Below are positions 1 through 11,696 of a DNA stretch of 64,000 nt, in pieces. The notes beneath the pieces are model-generated. The model worked only from the letters and a program-made list of their open reading frames with translations, was not told the DNA's origin and searched no databases. The DNA comes from Terriglobia bacterium (GTDB lineage: Bacteria > Acidobacteriota > Terriglobia > Acidiferrales > UBA7541). Both the position numbers and the translations under genes were made by a program. Location: the NCBI GenBank assembly GCA_963695545.1, contig OY968796.1, positions 768,001-832,000 on the forward strand. The letters are read 5' to 3'. Every line of letters begins with the position of its first letter. Position 1 is the first letter of the stretch.

Positions 1-1
1 C

Positions 2-358
2 GCCGGAATGTTTGCGGGGCACGCGCCGACGATCGGGATTGTGGCGTTCGACCTTTCGGAGCAACTCGGGAATTATTTCGGCGCACCGGACGGCCAAGGC
101 GTGCTGGTGAGCGAAGTGCGCGAGGCGACGCCGGCGGCGAAAGCGGGATTGCTGGCGGGCGACGTGATCACGAAACTCGATGGCGTGCGCGTGCACAACG
201 TCGGCCAATTGCGCGAACAGCTGGCGGCGAAACGCGACGCCAAGTCCGTGACGCTGACGATTCTGCGCAGAGGCGCGGAACTTTCGGTCCCGGTCGAGCC
301 GGAGGCACCGAATCCGCCCAAACCAGAGACCGACATCAATCGTCACATCGCTATGTAG
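2..358 (+). CDS. PDZ-domain protein, C-terminal fragment (5' end outside window)
   Basis: GVLVSEV..ATPAAKAGLLAGDVITKLDG..V.LTILRRG is a typical HtrA-type PDZ motif. Confidence 0.85.
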   Translation, partial: AGMFAGHAPTIGIVAFDLSEQLGNYFGAPDGQGVLVSEVREATPAAKAGLLAGDVITKLDGVRVHNVGQLREQLAAKRDAKSVTLTILRRGAELSVPVEPEAPNPPKPETDINRHIAM

Positions 359-381
359 CGAATAGAATATTCCGGAAAATA

Positions 382-420
382 TTTCGGGCCGCCCGCTGGT
401 TGACACCGGGCGGCCCGAAA
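382..420. terminator. Hairpin between convergent genes, probable bidirectional intrinsic terminator
   Basis: tttcgggccgcccg ... cgggcggcccgaaa perfect 14-bp inverted repeat between converging stops (358, 458). Confidence 0.75.
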
Positions 421-457
421 ACCTTCTTAATTCGATTCTCCGGAGACTCGTTCGCGC

Positions 458-1180
458 CTACTGGCGCTCGACAACCACCTGCGACGCGGGGACTTCAATG
501 CGCATCAGCTTGTGGCCGGCGTCGCAGAACAAATGGATCTCAAGATCGGCTGACTTCACAATCAGCTCTGAAAGACCGCCGCTCGCGCCAGCAGCGCTGA
601 CCTTGATCGAGCCGGGCGTAATGTCCTGCGGAATCAGCACGGGGAAGCTCTGTTCGCCGCCCGCGCTCCAATCGTAGATCCGCGCGAGCACGGCGTATTG
701 CTCGTAGAGATTGTTGTCGAGCACCACGACGTTCGGCGTGACGAACTTAAAATCCTGGTGATAGGGATGGCCGCTTCCGAAATCCGTCAGCGTCTTCGCG
801 GTGCCGCCATCGAAATCCACAGAACCCGAGGCTTTCTTCGGCGAATCCGTGGACCAAGCGTAATGAATCGCGGTGCCGTCGGCGGCCAGATGCAGCTCGC
901 CGGTGGTTTTCATGTCGTCGCCACCGGGCGTGTGCGCCTCGGTCGAGCCGCGCACGATCCACTTCCCTTCGGACGATGAAATCTCGAAATCCTCCGTGCC
1001 GATCGATTGACCGGCGAGCAGAATGCGAAATTTGCCTTTGTCGGCCGCCATCACAACGGCAGACGCGGAAGCTGGTTTACTCTGCGCGCGAGCCGTGGAG
1101 GACCACGCGGCGCCGGCGAATGCCAAGCCGGTGAAAACAAGTCCGCGAAAAATTGGTTTGATCAGCGCGGTGCGATTCAT
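458..1180 (-). CDS. Secreted hypothetical beta-rich protein
   Basis: Signal peptide (..TARA-Q); 4-bp overlap with aroK stop. Confidence 0.7.
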   Translation of the reverse strand: MNRTALIKPIFRGLVFTGLAFAGAAWSSTARAQSKPASASAVVMAADKGKFRILLAGQSIGTEDFEISSSEGKWIVRGSTEAHTPGGDDMKTTGELHLAADGTAIHYAWSTDSPKKASGSVDFDGGTAKTLTDFGSGHPYHQDFKFVTPNVVVLDNNLYEQYAVLARIYDWSAGGEQSFPVLIPQDITPGSIKVSAAGASGGLSELIVKSADLEIHLFCDAGHKLMRIEVPASQVVVERQ

Positions 1181-1806
1181 GCAATCACCTTGCCTGACTT
1201 TGGATTGAGCGCGAGTGGCCCATCGCCATCGAGAATCCCGAGGGCGCGAATTCGGTCCACGGCTTCGCGCGGGTCCGCGGCGCTCTTCACGCGATAGTCG
1301 GCCTGCTGATAGAAAGGCAGGCGCTCTTCGTAGAGTTTGCGGAAGCTTGCTTCGTCACGGAAAAGCGGGCGATCGGGCATCAGCACGCAACGCGCGAGGA
1401 GTTCTTCGACCGGAGTATCGAGCCAGAGAACCAGCGCGCCGGCATCGCGAAGCATCGCGACATTGCGGGGCTGCACGAAAGTTCCGCCGCCGAGCGCCAG
1501 CACGAACGAGGCTTCCTGGGCAGCCGACGAACTGAGGATACGCACCAAACATTCGTGCTCGATATCGCGAAACACGGGTTCGCCGCTACGCGAAAAAATT
1601 TCGGCGATGGGCAAGCCCGCGTGGCTTTCGATTTCTTCGTCCAGATCGACGAAGCGCCAGGCAAGTTGCGCGGCGAGGAGTTTGCCGACGGTGGTTTTAC
1701 CGGAGCCCATGAAGCCGGTGAGGCAGGCAAGACGGCGCCGGGGCGAGGCCCCAGACGAAATCGAAATGGGATGGCGCGATTCGGGCAAGGGATCCGAAGC
1801 GCTCAC
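1177..1806 (-). CDS. aroK: Shikimate kinase
   Basis: LTGFMGSGKTTVG P-loop, DLD..IE, GE..FR, GGG, RPL, ER..Y motifs. Confidence 0.93.
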   Translation of the reverse strand: MSASDPLPESRHPISISSGASPRRRLACLTGFMGSGKTTVGKLLAAQLAWRFVDLDEEIESHAGLPIAEIFSRSGEPVFRDIEHECLVRILSSSAAQEASFVLALGGGTFVQPRNVAMLRDAGALVLWLDTPVEELLARCVLMPDRPLFRDEASFRKLYEERLPFYQQADYRVKSAADPREAVDRIRALGILDGDGPLALNPKSGKVIA

Positions 1807-2678
1807 TCACGCTTCAGAATCTTGATTGTACCACTGAAGGACGACAGCTCGACTTTGGCGTTGCCCTGATTGACAGAGCCGAACAAGCCGTTGCCGAACT
1901 TCGGCGGCTTGGCCTTGCCGTGCGTGTCGGGCATCACGGGCGCTTCGTTGATCACTTTTCCATAGAGCGAACTCGCGCTGACGTCGAATGAATCGGTAGG
2001 TGCGAAGCGGACTTCGATCGTGCCGGTGGAATTCTTCAGAACGTAGATGCCGCGGCGCAGAAAATTTCCATCGAACAGGATGTTGCCGGAAGAGGTTTGG
2101 ATGCGCACGCTATCCATCGAAGGCTGCAGCAGCTGAAAGCTGCCACCGATCGAATTCGCGTCCAAACTTCCCGCGCAGCGCGTGCACACCAGCGAGCCAT
2201 CGACGCTCTTCACGACCAGATATCCGTCGACGTCGGAAAGCTGCAAACTGGCGCCCACGGTGTCGAAGGTCATGTCGCCGTGCACGCTCTCCACGGTGAC
2301 GCTGCCGGAATCGCTGCGCACTTGCAGGGCTGTGTCTTGGGGCACGGTGATCACGTAGTTGGCCACGAGCTCATCCGGCGCGGGATTGTCGCCGGTGATC
2401 TCGGTTTCGGCCTCGATGCGATCGTCGGCCTGTTCGGCCGAAATGTCGATCTTGTCGCTTGCGAAATCGGCGACGATCTTCACTTCGTTCTTCTCCCAGG
2501 ACTTCACCTCCACCACACCGCTCGCGTTGTGCAGCGTCACGAGAGGCTTGCCGGTGACCGGGAAATATCGTTCAAAGTGGCGCGACTGCGCGAAAGCGGG
2601 CGACCCCATCAGCAGCAAGGCGCCGGCAACGACTACGGGAACTCCGACAACATTCCGAATTGATCGCATGGCGTTCAT
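1803..2678 (-). CDS. DUF4097 / putative adhesin beta-strand-repeat protein, secreted
   Basis: Signal peptide; repeated S.SG.I/V units; downstream of ECF/anti-sigma pair. Confidence 0.75.
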   Translation of the reverse strand: MNAMRSIRNVVGVPVVVAGALLLMGSPAFAQSRHFERYFPVTGKPLVTLHNASGVVEVKSWEKNEVKIVADFASDKIDISAEQADDRIEAETEITGDNPAPDELVANYVITVPQDTALQVRSDSGSVTVESVHGDMTFDTVGASLQLSDVDGYLVVKSVDGSLVCTRCAGSLDANSIGGSFQLLQPSMDSVRIQTSSGNILFDGNFLRRGIYVLKNSTGTIEVRFAPTDSFDVSASSLYGKVINEAPVMPDTHGKAKPPKFGNGLFGSVNQGNAKVELSSFSGTIKILKRE

Positions 2679-3418
2679 CGTCCTCCGACTGCGCTCCGAT
2701 CCATCGCTACGGCCAGAAGCTGAGCTTTCTGCTGATACGCGTCGTAGAGGTATTCGCGGGCCATCTCGTTGTCGGGTTCTTCGCGGACACTCTTTTCACA
2801 CACGGCAATAAAGTTGTCAATCTCACCGAGATCGTGGTGCAACTCTTCGGCCACCTGCGGATCGCGTTGCGGCAGCGATGCGATGCTGGCCTCGGAAGCG
2901 TCGAGCGATCCGTCGAGCGATCCGGTAGTCTGCGATTCGACTGCGGCTTGCAATTCGGTGCCAGGCACCGCCGCGGGCTCCAGCACGGCGCTTGCCGGCG
3001 TGGTCGTCAGGCTGTCCACGCTGAAAAGCCCGGCCACAATCAGGGAGACGCCCAGCACGGCGCCCGCAAAAGCAGGGCGTTGGAAAACAGCCCACCAGCC
3101 GGCGTGAACCGGCGCGCGCTCAACATCGACAGGACGCTCGAGTTCTAGATCGCGATCAACGCCAAGTTCACGGATTCGCCCTTCGGCTTCAAGCTCGGCG
3201 CGAATCCGCGTCCACAGCCAATCCGGCGGCGCCACTTCCTCTTGCGCCAATTCGAGCGCAGCTGCGCCGATCAGGTGGAAATCGGCTTCGAGCGCCTGGC
3301 AATCGGCGCATCCCGCCACGTGAACGGCCACCGCTTCCGGCAGTGGACCGTCCGGTTCGCGTTCGAGAACTCGCTCTAGTTCATGGCACGACATGTCCGT
3401 AATCCGTCCTTCGCTCAT
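2675..3418 (-). CDS. Membrane-anchored zinc-finger anti-sigma factor
   Basis: ZAS motif H-x3-C-x2-C (HVAGCADC), one TM helix, adjacent to ECF sigma gene. Confidence 0.8.
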   Translation of the reverse strand: MSEGRITDMSCHELERVLEREPDGPLPEAVAVHVAGCADCQALEADFHLIGAAALELAQEEVAPPDWLWTRIRAELEAEGRIRELGVDRDLELERPVDVERAPVHAGWWAVFQRPAFAGAVLGVSLIVAGLFSVDSLTTTPASAVLEPAAVPGTELQAAVESQTTGSLDGSLDASEASIASLPQRDPQVAEELHHDLGEIDNFIAVCEKSVREEPDNEMAREYLYDAYQQKAQLLAVAMDRSAVGGR

Positions 3419-3476
3419 TCCGTACTGTCTTCAATCCGGAGTCCCGACCGTGGCACCGACCCTGCTTCTTGCCTAC

Positions 3477-4121
3477 TTAATCCGATGATGAAAAACCTCC
3501 GCGGGCTGCCTGACGCTGTTCCCGCGCTTGCTGACGCAGCGTTTCCTGCAACAGTTCGCGCAGCCGCATGCGTGCCTTGTGGAGCTGCGACTTCGAGTTG
3601 CCGATCGAGCAATTCATAATCTGCGCGATCTCGTTATGTTCGTACCCTTGGATGTCATGCAAGACGAAGACCGCTTTGTAGCCCGGCGGCAACTGCGTGA
3701 TCGCGCGTTCCAAATGTACGCGATCCACCGAACCCGAAAGCAACAGGTCCGGGCCGCCGATATCTCTACGCGGGCCGCCGGTCTCTTCATCCGGCTCGGT
3801 CTCTTCTTCGAGCGAAGTTTCCGCCAGAGTTTTCCTGCGCAGCTTCATCAGCACGACGTTGACCGACAGCCGATGCAGCCAGGTGGTGAAAGCCGATTCA
3901 CCCCGAAACGTAGCGATCTTGCGAAACAACTGCAGGAACGCTTCCTGAGTCAGGTCTTCGGCTTCGGCCGGGTTGCTCACCATGCGCAGGCACAAAGCGT
4001 AAACGCGGCGGTTGTGCAGGCGATAGATATGCTCAAACGCCTCCGCATTACCCTGTTGGGCCAGGCGGATGGCATCTGCCTCCGACAACTCACCGATTTC
4101 ACTTCGCCTCGTGCGGGTCAC
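3477..4121 (-). CDS. ECF RNA polymerase sigma factor
   Basis: Region 2 ([16 protein letters not shown]) and region 4 ([24 protein letters not shown]). Confidence 0.93.
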   Translation of the reverse strand: MTRTRRSEIGELSEADAIRLAQQGNAEAFEHIYRLHNRRVYALCLRMVSNPAEAEDLTQEAFLQLFRKIATFRGESAFTTWLHRLSVNVVLMKLRRKTLAETSLEEETEPDEETGGPRRDIGGPDLLLSGSVDRVHLERAITQLPPGYKAVFVLHDIQGYEHNEIAQIMNCSIGNSKSQLHKARMRLRELLQETLRQQAREQRQAARGGFSSSD

Positions 4122-4302
4122 TCTACCCGTCGGGACGACACCCGCGATTTGGGATGCGTCCCCCGCCTCCTGAGTTGTACTCCGCTAACTCCCGCGTGAT
4201 AACTGTTCGCGCAAAGCGCTGCGCACATAGGATTCATCCCCATCATACGGGGGTTCAGCCGGAACTGCCTTTTCGTATTCTCCGCGGACAACGGCGCGAC
4301 GT

Positions 4303-4989
4303 CTAGCTGGCAAGCGCCCTGAGCGACGGCATGCGGGTAAGGAGCTTCTCGCGGAAGGGGCCGACTTCTTCGCTCGGCAAAACGCAGAAAAACGACTTCA
4401 ATACGATCACCGTCTCCCGCAGGCAGGTATTCAAATCGTAGTCCAGGACTTCCAGGACCCGGCATTCCCGCTCGATGGTTGCTGCGCCGCGGCCGGCCAG
4501 CGCCTCCGCCGCCGCGCCGGATTCCTTCTGAATTGCGTCCAGCGCTTCGATGAGGGCATGCAATTTGTGGAAAAACCTTGTCCGCCCTTGGAACAAGCAA
4601 CTCGCGAGCAGATGATCTGTTCGGGCGATGCGCTGCGGACCCACGCCGCGGAAATTCTCGACTGCAAGAGGTTCGACGTTTGGCAGGGTGCCGTAATGGC
4701 GGCCATGCTCTTCCATCGCGCACAAAACCCCTTGCAGACTCAGCGCCAGCCGGTCGAGCAGCGCCGCGAAGACCGCGGCGTATTCCCGGGCGTTCATCAC
4801 GCGTCCTGCCGCCCACGAATCGAAGACCTCGTTTAGAGTGACGCTCTGAATGACGTAGGAAGCCTCGAGCTCATCGAGCGCAGCGCCGTACAGGCGATGG
4901 CTGCCCTCGGGCAGCGACGCAATCCAGTCTCGCCGCACTGTGCCGACACCAGTAGAACTCGATTTGCGACGCGCTTGCCCCACGCCCAA
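4303..4989 (-). CDS. Hypothetical helical protein
   Basis: 228-aa ORF with protein-like composition filling the gap between lysS and the sigma gene. Confidence 0.65.
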   Translation of the reverse strand: MGVGQARRKSSSTGVGTVRRDWIASLPEGSHRLYGAALDELEASYVIQSVTLNEVFDSWAAGRVMNAREYAAVFAALLDRLALSLQGVLCAMEEHGRHYGTLPNVEPLAVENFRGVGPQRIARTDHLLASCLFQGRTRFFHKLHALIEALDAIQKESGAAAEALAGRGAATIERECRVLEVLDYDLNTCLRETVIVLKSFFCVLPSEEVGPFREKLLTRMPSLRALAS

Positions 4990-5152
4990 GCCTCCGAGTC
5001 GCGGTATGATACCACACCGGATGCGGGTCGGCGTTCAAGGCCCAAGCGCGGACGCCCGACGCGCCTTTGCGTGCTCTTTGGCAAGATTTTGGGTGCCATC
5101 GGCGCGCGAACCCGCGAACCGAAGCTGCGAAAGAACAGAAAGGATCGCCGCC

Positions 5153-6775
5153 TTGCCGTTTGAACCGCTTGACCAATACCTACAGCGGCAGAAAAAACTC
5201 GCGGAAATCGAGGCGCTCGGTTACGAAGCTTATCCGCATCGCTTCGATCCGACGGCCACGCCCGCCGAAATCGTCGCGCGCTATGCCGATATGCCGGCCA
5301 CCGACCTCGAGGCGAAAAAACCCTCGGTTCGCGTGGCCGGGCGCATCATGACGCTGCGCCTCCACGGCAAGGCGGGCTTCGCGCATATTGCCGGAGCCGG
5401 GCAGCGCTTGCAGATTTACGTCAAGCTGGACATCGTTGGCGAGCGCGCCTTTAAATTTTTTCAGTTGCTCGATCTCGGAGACTCCATCGGCGTCTCCGGT
5501 CACATCTTCCGCACCAAGACGGGCGAGCTAACTGTGTGGGTCGAGCAGCTCACCTTGCTCGCGAAAGCTTTGCTGCCTCTGCCGGAAAAATGGCACGGTC
5601 TTTCGGACCGCGAACGGCGCTATCGCCAGCGGTATCTCGATCTGATCGTCAACGAGGATTCGCGGCGCGTATTCATGCGGCGCGCGCAGATCGTGCGCGA
5701 GTTGCGCCGGTTTTTCGACGCGCACGGTTACATCGAAGTGGAAACTCCGATGATGCAATCCATCGCCGGCGGCGCCGCGGCGCGCCCGTTCGTCACGCAT
5801 CACAATACGCTCGACGTCGATCTCTATCTTCGCGTCGCTCCTGAGTTGTACTTGAAGCGCCTGATCGTCGGCGGACTCGATCGCGTCTACGAAATCAACC
5901 GAAATTTCCGCAACGAGGGAATTTCGACGCAGCACAATCCCGAATTCACGATGCTCGAGTTCTATCAAGCCTATAGCGATTACCGCGACTTGATGTCGCT
6001 CACCGAAGAGCTCTTCGCCGCGCTCGCGCGCCAACTCTACGGCACCACCGTGATTCGCTTCGGCGAGCACGAAATCGATCTGGGGCGCTGGCAGCGCCTC
6101 ACGATGCGAGAGGCTATCGTGCGCTACTGGCCCCACGCGGCTGCACTGCCTCCCACGATCGAAGAATTGGCCGCTCCCGGCGGCGCGCGCGCTGTCGCCG
6201 AGCGTTTCAACGCGTGGGCCACCAGGCAACGGCCGGATCCGACCGACGGCGCGCCCACGATTACCGGCGCCGACCCGATTGGCGGCATCGAGAAAATGAC
6301 CGACGGTGAAATCACCGGCGTGCTTTTTGAAACCGTCGCCGAGCAGAAACTGATTCAGCCGACGATCATTTACGATTTCCCGACCGACATTTCGCCCCTC
6401 GCGAAGTGCAAGCCAGGCGATGAATCTCTTGTCGAGCGCTTCGAGATTTTTATTGTCGGCATGGAGTTCGGCAACGCCTTCTCCGAATTGAACGATCCCG
6501 CCGAGCAGGAGCGCCGTTTTCAAGCGCAAGTGAAACAAGGCAGCGCTGATGCTCCGCGCGAAGTCGATCTCGATTACGTGCGCGCTCTTGCGTACGGCAT
6601 GCCGCCCACGGCCGGCGAAGGCATCGGCATCGATCGCCTGGCGATGCTTTTGACCGATTCGCATTCGATTCGCGATGTAATTCTGTTTCCGCTGCTGCGG
6701 CCTGAGGCCAATGACGACGCGCGCGCGGACGCAAGCAGCGACGCACCGCGCGAGGCCGGCGGCAAAACGACATGA
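5153..6775 (+). CDS. lysS: Lysine--tRNA ligase (class II)
   Basis: [44 protein letters not shown] motifs; TTG start chosen after AAGGA. Confidence 0.97.
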   Translation: MPFEPLDQYLQRQKKLAEIEALGYEAYPHRFDPTATPAEIVARYADMPATDLEAKKPSVRVAGRIMTLRLHGKAGFAHIAGAGQRLQIYVKLDIVGERAFKFFQLLDLGDSIGVSGHIFRTKTGELTVWVEQLTLLAKALLPLPEKWHGLSDRERRYRQRYLDLIVNEDSRRVFMRRAQIVRELRRFFDAHGYIEVETPMMQSIAGGAAARPFVTHHNTLDVDLYLRVAPELYLKRLIVGGLDRVYEINRNFRNEGISTQHNPEFTMLEFYQAYSDYRDLMSLTEELFAALARQLYGTTVIRFGEHEIDLGRWQRLTMREAIVRYWPHAAALPPTIEELAAPGGARAVAERFNAWATRQRPDPTDGAPTITGADPIGGIEKMTDGEITGVLFETVAEQKLIQPTIIYDFPTDISPLAKCKPGDESLVERFEIFIVGMEFGNAFSELNDPAEQERRFQAQVKQGSADAPREVDLDYVRALAYGMPPTAGEGIGIDRLAMLLTDSHSIRDVILFPLLRPEANDDARADASSDAPREAGGKTT

Positions 6776-8001
6776 AGTTCGCCTGGTTTGTCGCGCGCCG
6801 CTATCTCCGATCGCCGCACCGTCCGGCCGTGCTGCGCTTGGTTACTTGGCTTGCGACGCTCGGGGTGGCAGCCGGCGTCGGCACGCTGGTCGTGGCGCTG
6901 GCGATGAACAGCGGTTTCCGGCACACGTTTCAAGATCGGTTGCTTGGCGTCACCGCGCACGTCAATCTTTCGCGACCCGATTCCGAAGGAATCGAGGACT
7001 ACCGCGCGCGCGCCGCGCGCCTGAGCCACACGCCCGGCGTGCGTTCCGTCGCGCCCGCGATGTATCAGACGGTGCTGCTGGTTGCGCCGGGCGGGCGTCC
7101 CCGCGGCGTCGTGATCAAGGGGGTTGACCCGGAAATCGAGCGCGCCACGGACGACGCCATGCGCCATTTGACTTCCGGTAGCGCCGATTTCGCTCGCGAC
7201 GCAAATGGTTTCGACGCGATTCTGATCGGGCAGATGTTAGCAGACGATCTAGGGGTCGAAGCAGGCGACTACGTCACGCTGATCAGCCCCGAAGGAAGCT
7301 TGACTCCGTTCGGCATGATGCCGCGCTCGCGGCGCTTCCGCGTGGCCGGAATTTTCAATTCCGGTTTTTATGACTACGACGCGAATTGGGGATTCGTTAC
7401 GCTGCCCGCGGCGCAAAGTCTGGCCGGTGTGGGCGACGTCGCGAGCGTGCTTGAATTTCGCCTGTTCGATCCGGATCGCTCCGAGCAAGTGGCCGCCGAA
7501 CTCGAAAGCGAGGCCGGACCGGGTTATCTCGCGAGTACCTGGCAGGACGAGAATCGAGCGCTGTTCCGCGCGTTGCATTTTGAAAAACTCGTCACCGCGC
7601 TCTTCATCGGCCTGATCACCTTCGTCGCCGGCCTGAATATTTTGGTGGTGCTCGCGATGACTGTGAGCGATCGTGCGCGCGATATCGCCGTGCTCACCGC
7701 AATGGGCGCGCGGCGCACGCAAGTACGCGACGTTTTCATCCTGCAAGGACTGGCCATCGGCGCATTCGGCACGCTCACGGGCCTCGCCGCCGGATACTTG
7801 TTGGCTTGGGCCGCGGGAACCTACAAGCTGATTCCACTCGATCCGCAGGTCTACTCTGTTCCGTACGTTCCGTTCCAACCGAATGGTCTCGACGCGATCT
7901 GGATTGGCGCGGCCGCCGTTGCGATTTGCCTTGCCGCAACGCTGGTTCCGGCGCGCGCGGCCGTACGCCTGTTGCCGGTTGAAATTCTCCGTTACGAGTA
8001 G
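6772..8001 (+). CDS. lolC: Lipoprotein-releasing ABC transporter permease (LolC/E family)
   Basis: F.A.RYL N-terminus, MacB/FtsX-type C-terminal TMs, PA..A..L.P.EILRYE. Confidence 0.88.
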   Translation: MKFAWFVARRYLRSPHRPAVLRLVTWLATLGVAAGVGTLVVALAMNSGFRHTFQDRLLGVTAHVNLSRPDSEGIEDYRARAARLSHTPGVRSVAPAMYQTVLLVAPGGRPRGVVIKGVDPEIERATDDAMRHLTSGSADFARDANGFDAILIGQMLADDLGVEAGDYVTLISPEGSLTPFGMMPRSRRFRVAGIFNSGFYDYDANWGFVTLPAAQSLAGVGDVASVLEFRLFDPDRSEQVAAELESEAGPGYLASTWQDENRALFRALHFEKLVTALFIGLITFVAGLNILVVLAMTVSDRARDIAVLTAMGARRTQVRDVFILQGLAIGAFGTLTGLAAGYLLAWAAGTYKLIPLDPQVYSVPYVPFQPNGLDAIWIGAAAVAICLAATLVPARAAVRLLPVEILRYE

Positions 8002-8376
8002 CGGACCCGCCGCGCGCGCATCGCCGAGCCGGGTTTGGCGCGCCATGTGCTACTTCATATCCCGGCCACTGTCTGCGGCTTGAAGTGCGCCACATTAGCG
8101 CCCCTGACAGATGTCCTGATCGTGCTACAATCGCATGTAGGTCAATGGTTTACGGGTGCGGCAGCGGGTGCTCAAAAGTGGCCAAGAAGGTGCCAGGAAA
8201 GCCATTGGCGAAAATGGGAAAGGCTTGGCCAGTGCCTTGCCACTTTATGACAATTGCTGGCGCGTGAGAGGACATAACCGCGGCCTTCGCGGGCATCTAA
8301 ATAAGGTGGGAGCGTCCGCGAAGCACGCAATTAACGAGCGGTTCGCAGCGAGTATTTGCTCGGAGAAATTGACTCG

Positions 8377-9171
8377 ATGATGCCTAGCTCGGCAGCCACG
8401 ACTTCGCACGACAGATCGGTAGAATCGAGCCACGCGCGGCACATCGAGCGCGGCGCGCGCGCGGAAATCGTGCTGGAATCGCGCGATTTGCGAAAAATCT
8501 ACGGTGATGGCCCAACCAAAATCACGGTGCTCGACGGCGTGGACTTTTCGATCGAGCGCGGCGAGATGGTGGCCATCGTCGCGCCGTCCGGCGCCGGAAA
8601 AAGTACGTTTTTGCACCTGCTGGCGGCGCTAGACACGCCAACGAGCGGTACAGTATACTTCGGCGCGAAAGCAATCGACACGCTGAACGAACAGGAGCTT
8701 GCGGATTATCGCAATCGCGCCATCGGTTTTGTTTGGCAACGCCATCACTTGCTGGCGGATTTCACCGCCGCGGAAAACGTTGCCATGCCCCTGTTGATGC
8801 GGGGCCGGGCCACCCGAGAAAGTCTGGCCGAAGCCAGACGGTGGCTCGCGGAAGTGGGTTTAGCGGAACGGGCGGATCATCTGGCCGGTCAGCTTTCCGG
8901 CGGCGAGCAGCAGAGAGCGGCGATCGCCCGAGCGCTCGTGCACGAACCGGCGGTTTTGCTGGCGGATGAACCGACCGGGAATCTCGACGAGCGCAACGCA
9001 AGCGGAGTCTTTGAACAAATGCGCCAGCTATGCCGGGCGCATCGGCTCACATCCGTCCTGGCGACGCACAACTGGAGTCTGGCTCGGCAAGCGGACCGCA
9101 TGCTGCAGCTGGAAAACGGGGTGCTTCGCCCGGTTTCAGAAACCTCTAACGGCCCTGGGAATGCTGTCTGA
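8377..9171 (+). CDS. lolD: LolD-like ABC ATP-binding protein
   Basis: [46 protein letters not shown]; start uncertain. Confidence 0.85.
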   Translation: MMPSSAATTSHDRSVESSHARHIERGARAEIVLESRDLRKIYGDGPTKITVLDGVDFSIERGEMVAIVAPSGAGKSTFLHLLAALDTPTSGTVYFGAKAIDTLNEQELADYRNRAIGFVWQRHHLLADFTAAENVAMPLLMRGRATRESLAEARRWLAEVGLAERADHLAGQLSGGEQQRAAIARALVHEPAVLLADEPTGNLDERNASGVFEQMRQLCRAHRLTSVLATHNWSLARQADRMLQLENGVLRPVSETSNGPGNAV

Positions 9172-9191
9172 GGGGAGAAAAGAGCGGAAAC

Positions 9192-11618
9192 GTGTTTGAA
9201 CGCTACACAGAAAAAGCGCGACGCGTGATCTTCTTCGCGAGGTACGAGGCCAGCCAGTACGGCAGCCCGTACATCGAGACGGAGCACTTGCTGCTCGGCC
9301 TGATGCGTGAGGACAAAGCGCTCGCCAATCGTTTTCTGCGCGCGCACGGTTCGATCGAATCCATTCGCAAGGAGATCGAATCGCGCATCACCATTCGCGA
9401 ACGCATCTCCACTTCGGTCGAAGTCCCGCTGAGTCAGGAATCGAAGCGCATTCTGAATTACGCCACTGAAGAAGCCGAACGCCTGGGGCACAAGCACGTC
9501 GGCACCGAGCATCTTCTGCTCGGCATCCTGCGCGAAGAGAAATGCTTCGGCGCGGAAATCCTTCAGGAGCGCGGACTGCGCCTTTCCGCGCTGCGCGAGG
9601 AGATGGCGCGTTCCGCGGGAGAAAAAACGCCGGCGAATCGCCCGAAGGAAACTTCGCTGTTGGCGGAATTCAGTCGCGATCTCACGCAATCCGCTCTCGA
9701 AGGCCAGCTAGATCCGCTGGTGGGCCGCGAGCGCGAAGTCGAGCGCGTGATCCAAATCCTCTGCCGCCGCACGAAAAACAATCCTGTGCTGATTGGCGAA
9801 CCGGGCGTCGGCAAGACGGCTATCGTCGAGGGCCTGGCGCAGCGCATATCCGATGGCGATGTTCCGCCGTTCCTCGCCGACAAGCGTATTCTGTCGCTCG
9901 ATCTTTCTCTGATTGTTGCCGGCACGAAGTATCGCGGCCAATTTGAGGAGCGCCTGAAAACCATCATGAAAGAGTTGATGGAGAATCAGAACGCCATCCT
10001 CTTCATCGACGAATTGCACACGTTGGTTGGCGCGGGTTCTGCCGAAGGCTCGCTCGACGCCGCAAATATTCTGAAGCCGGCGCTTTCGCGCGGCGAAATT
10101 CAGTGCATCGGCGCGACGACGCCCGGCGAATATCGCAAGTCGGTTGAAAAGGACCGCTCGCTCGAGCGCCGCTTCCAATCCGTGAAAGTCGCAAGCCCAA
10201 GTGAAGATGAGTCGATTCACGTGTTGGAAGGCGTGCGCGAACGCTACGAAAAATTCCACGCCGTCACCTACACCGAAGAAGCCATTCGCTACGCCGTTTA
10301 TCTCTCGAGCCGCTACATCCCGGACCGCTTCCTGCCCGATAAGGCCGTGGATCTGATCGATGAAGCCGGCGCGCGCGTGAAACTGCGCCAGGCCACGCTG
10401 CCGGATGAAGTCGCCGAGGTGCAGAAGCGCGTGAAATTCATCACGCACCGCATGGAAACGGCCATCGCGAATCACGAATTTGAAAAAGCGCGCTTCTATT
10501 CCGAGGAAGAGCGCAAGGAAAAGGAAAATCTGCGCCAGGTGCGCGAGCGGCTGAAGCTCGATGAATCGACAGCCGGCGTGGTCACGCGCGAAGACATCGA
10601 AGAAGTTGTCGCCCGCTGGACCGGAATCACAGTCACCTCGATCAAGGAAGACGAGCAACAGAAACTGCTGCGCATCGAAGTCGAGTTGCACAAGCGCATC
10701 ATCAGCCAGGCGCGGGCCATCACAGCTCTTGCGCGCGCGATTCGCCGCAGCCGCGCCGGTCTAAAGGCGCCGGGGCGTCCTGTGGGCTGCTTCCTGTTCC
10801 TCGGCCCCACCGGCGTTGGCAAAACGGAAGTGGCGCGGCGCTTGGCTGAATTCCTCTTCGGCAGCGAAAAATCGCTGATCCGCTTCGATATGTCCGAGTA
10901 CATGGAAAAGCACTCGGTCTCGAAACTGATCGGCGCGCCTCCCGGCTACGTGGGCTACGAAGAAGGCGGCCAATTGACCGAGCGCGTGCGCCGCACGCCT
11001 TACGCGGTGATCCTACTCGACGAAATCGAGAAGGCTCACTCGGACGTCTACAACATCCTGCTGCAGGTCTTCGAAGACGGCCAATTGACCGACGGTCTCG
11101 GCAACACCGTGGATTTCCGCAACACCATCGTGATCATGACCTCGAACCTCGGCGCGCGCCACTTGCAGAAGCGCCAGACCATGGGCTTCCAATCCGGCGC
11201 CGACGAAGCCGGCGACAAGAGCATGGAAGACATGGTTCTCTCCGAGGTCAAACGCGTCTTCAATCCGGAATTTTTGAACCGGCTCGACGAAGTGATTCTG
11301 TTCAGCCCGCTGACCGATGAAGATCTGCTGCGCATCATCTATCTGCTGGTCGGCCAGATCAACGACACTTTGATCCATCGCCAGGTGCAAATCGTCCTGA
11401 CGCCGGAAGCAAGTCAGTGGATTCTCGAGAAGACCTGCGGCGATCGCACCTACGGAGCTCGTCCACTCCGGCGCGCGCTGCAGAAGTACGTCGAAGACCC
11501 GCTGTCGGAAGCGCTCATTCAGGGGGGCCTGCAACGTCCAGCGACGCTCGAAGTTTTTGTCGCTGGCGAAGAGCTTGGTTTCCGACCGGTAGTCGAAGCA
11601 ACCCCGGTTACCCACTGA
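9192..11618 (+). CDS. clpC: ATP-dependent Clp protease ATP-binding subunit (ClpC type)
   Basis: [12 protein letters not shown]-domain, two AAA+ modules ([16 protein letters not shown]), UVR-like middle region, MGF ClpP-docking loop. Confidence 0.95.
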   Translation: MFERYTEKARRVIFFARYEASQYGSPYIETEHLLLGLMREDKALANRFLRAHGSIESIRKEIESRITIRERISTSVEVPLSQESKRILNYATEEAERLGHKHVGTEHLLLGILREEKCFGAEILQERGLRLSALREEMARSAGEKTPANRPKETSLLAEFSRDLTQSALEGQLDPLVGREREVERVIQILCRRTKNNPVLIGEPGVGKTAIVEGLAQRISDGDVPPFLADKRILSLDLSLIVAGTKYRGQFEERLKTIMKELMENQNAILFIDELHTLVGAGSAEGSLDAANILKPALSRGEIQCIGATTPGEYRKSVEKDRSLERRFQSVKVASPSEDESIHVLEGVRERYEKFHAVTYTEEAIRYAVYLSSRYIPDRFLPDKAVDLIDEAGARVKLRQATLPDEVAEVQKRVKFITHRMETAIANHEFEKARFYSEEERKEKENLRQVRERLKLDESTAGVVTREDIEEVVARWTGITVTSIKEDEQQKLLRIEVELHKRIISQARAITALARAIRRSRAGLKAPGRPVGCFLFLGPTGVGKTEVARRLAEFLFGSEKSLIRFDMSEYMEKHSVSKLIGAPPGYVGYEEGGQLTERVRRTPYAVILLDEIEKAHSDVYNILLQVFEDGQLTDGLGNTVDFRNTIVIMTSNLGARHLQKRQTMGFQSGADEAGDKSMEDMVLSEVKRVFNPEFLNRLDEVILFSPLTDEDLLRIIYLLVGQINDTLIHRQVQIVLTPEASQWILEKTCGDRTYGARPLRRALQKYVEDPLSEALIQGGLQRPATLEVFVAGEELGFRPVVEATPVTH

Positions 11619-11696
11619 CGAATCCTAAGCGGGCAGGCCGGACCTACCACTGAACCGGCCGGGGAGCAGGATAATCTTGTTCTGGGGGAAGCGGCC

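Noticed and set aside
359..368. CGAATAGAAT shared with the 63086 hairpin arm
   Set aside because: A single 10-mer match in 64 kb is compatible with chance
4940..5152. N-terminal extension of LysS in the ORF track
   Set aside because: Overlaps the divergent gene and promoter region; a better SD-associated TTG lies at 5153
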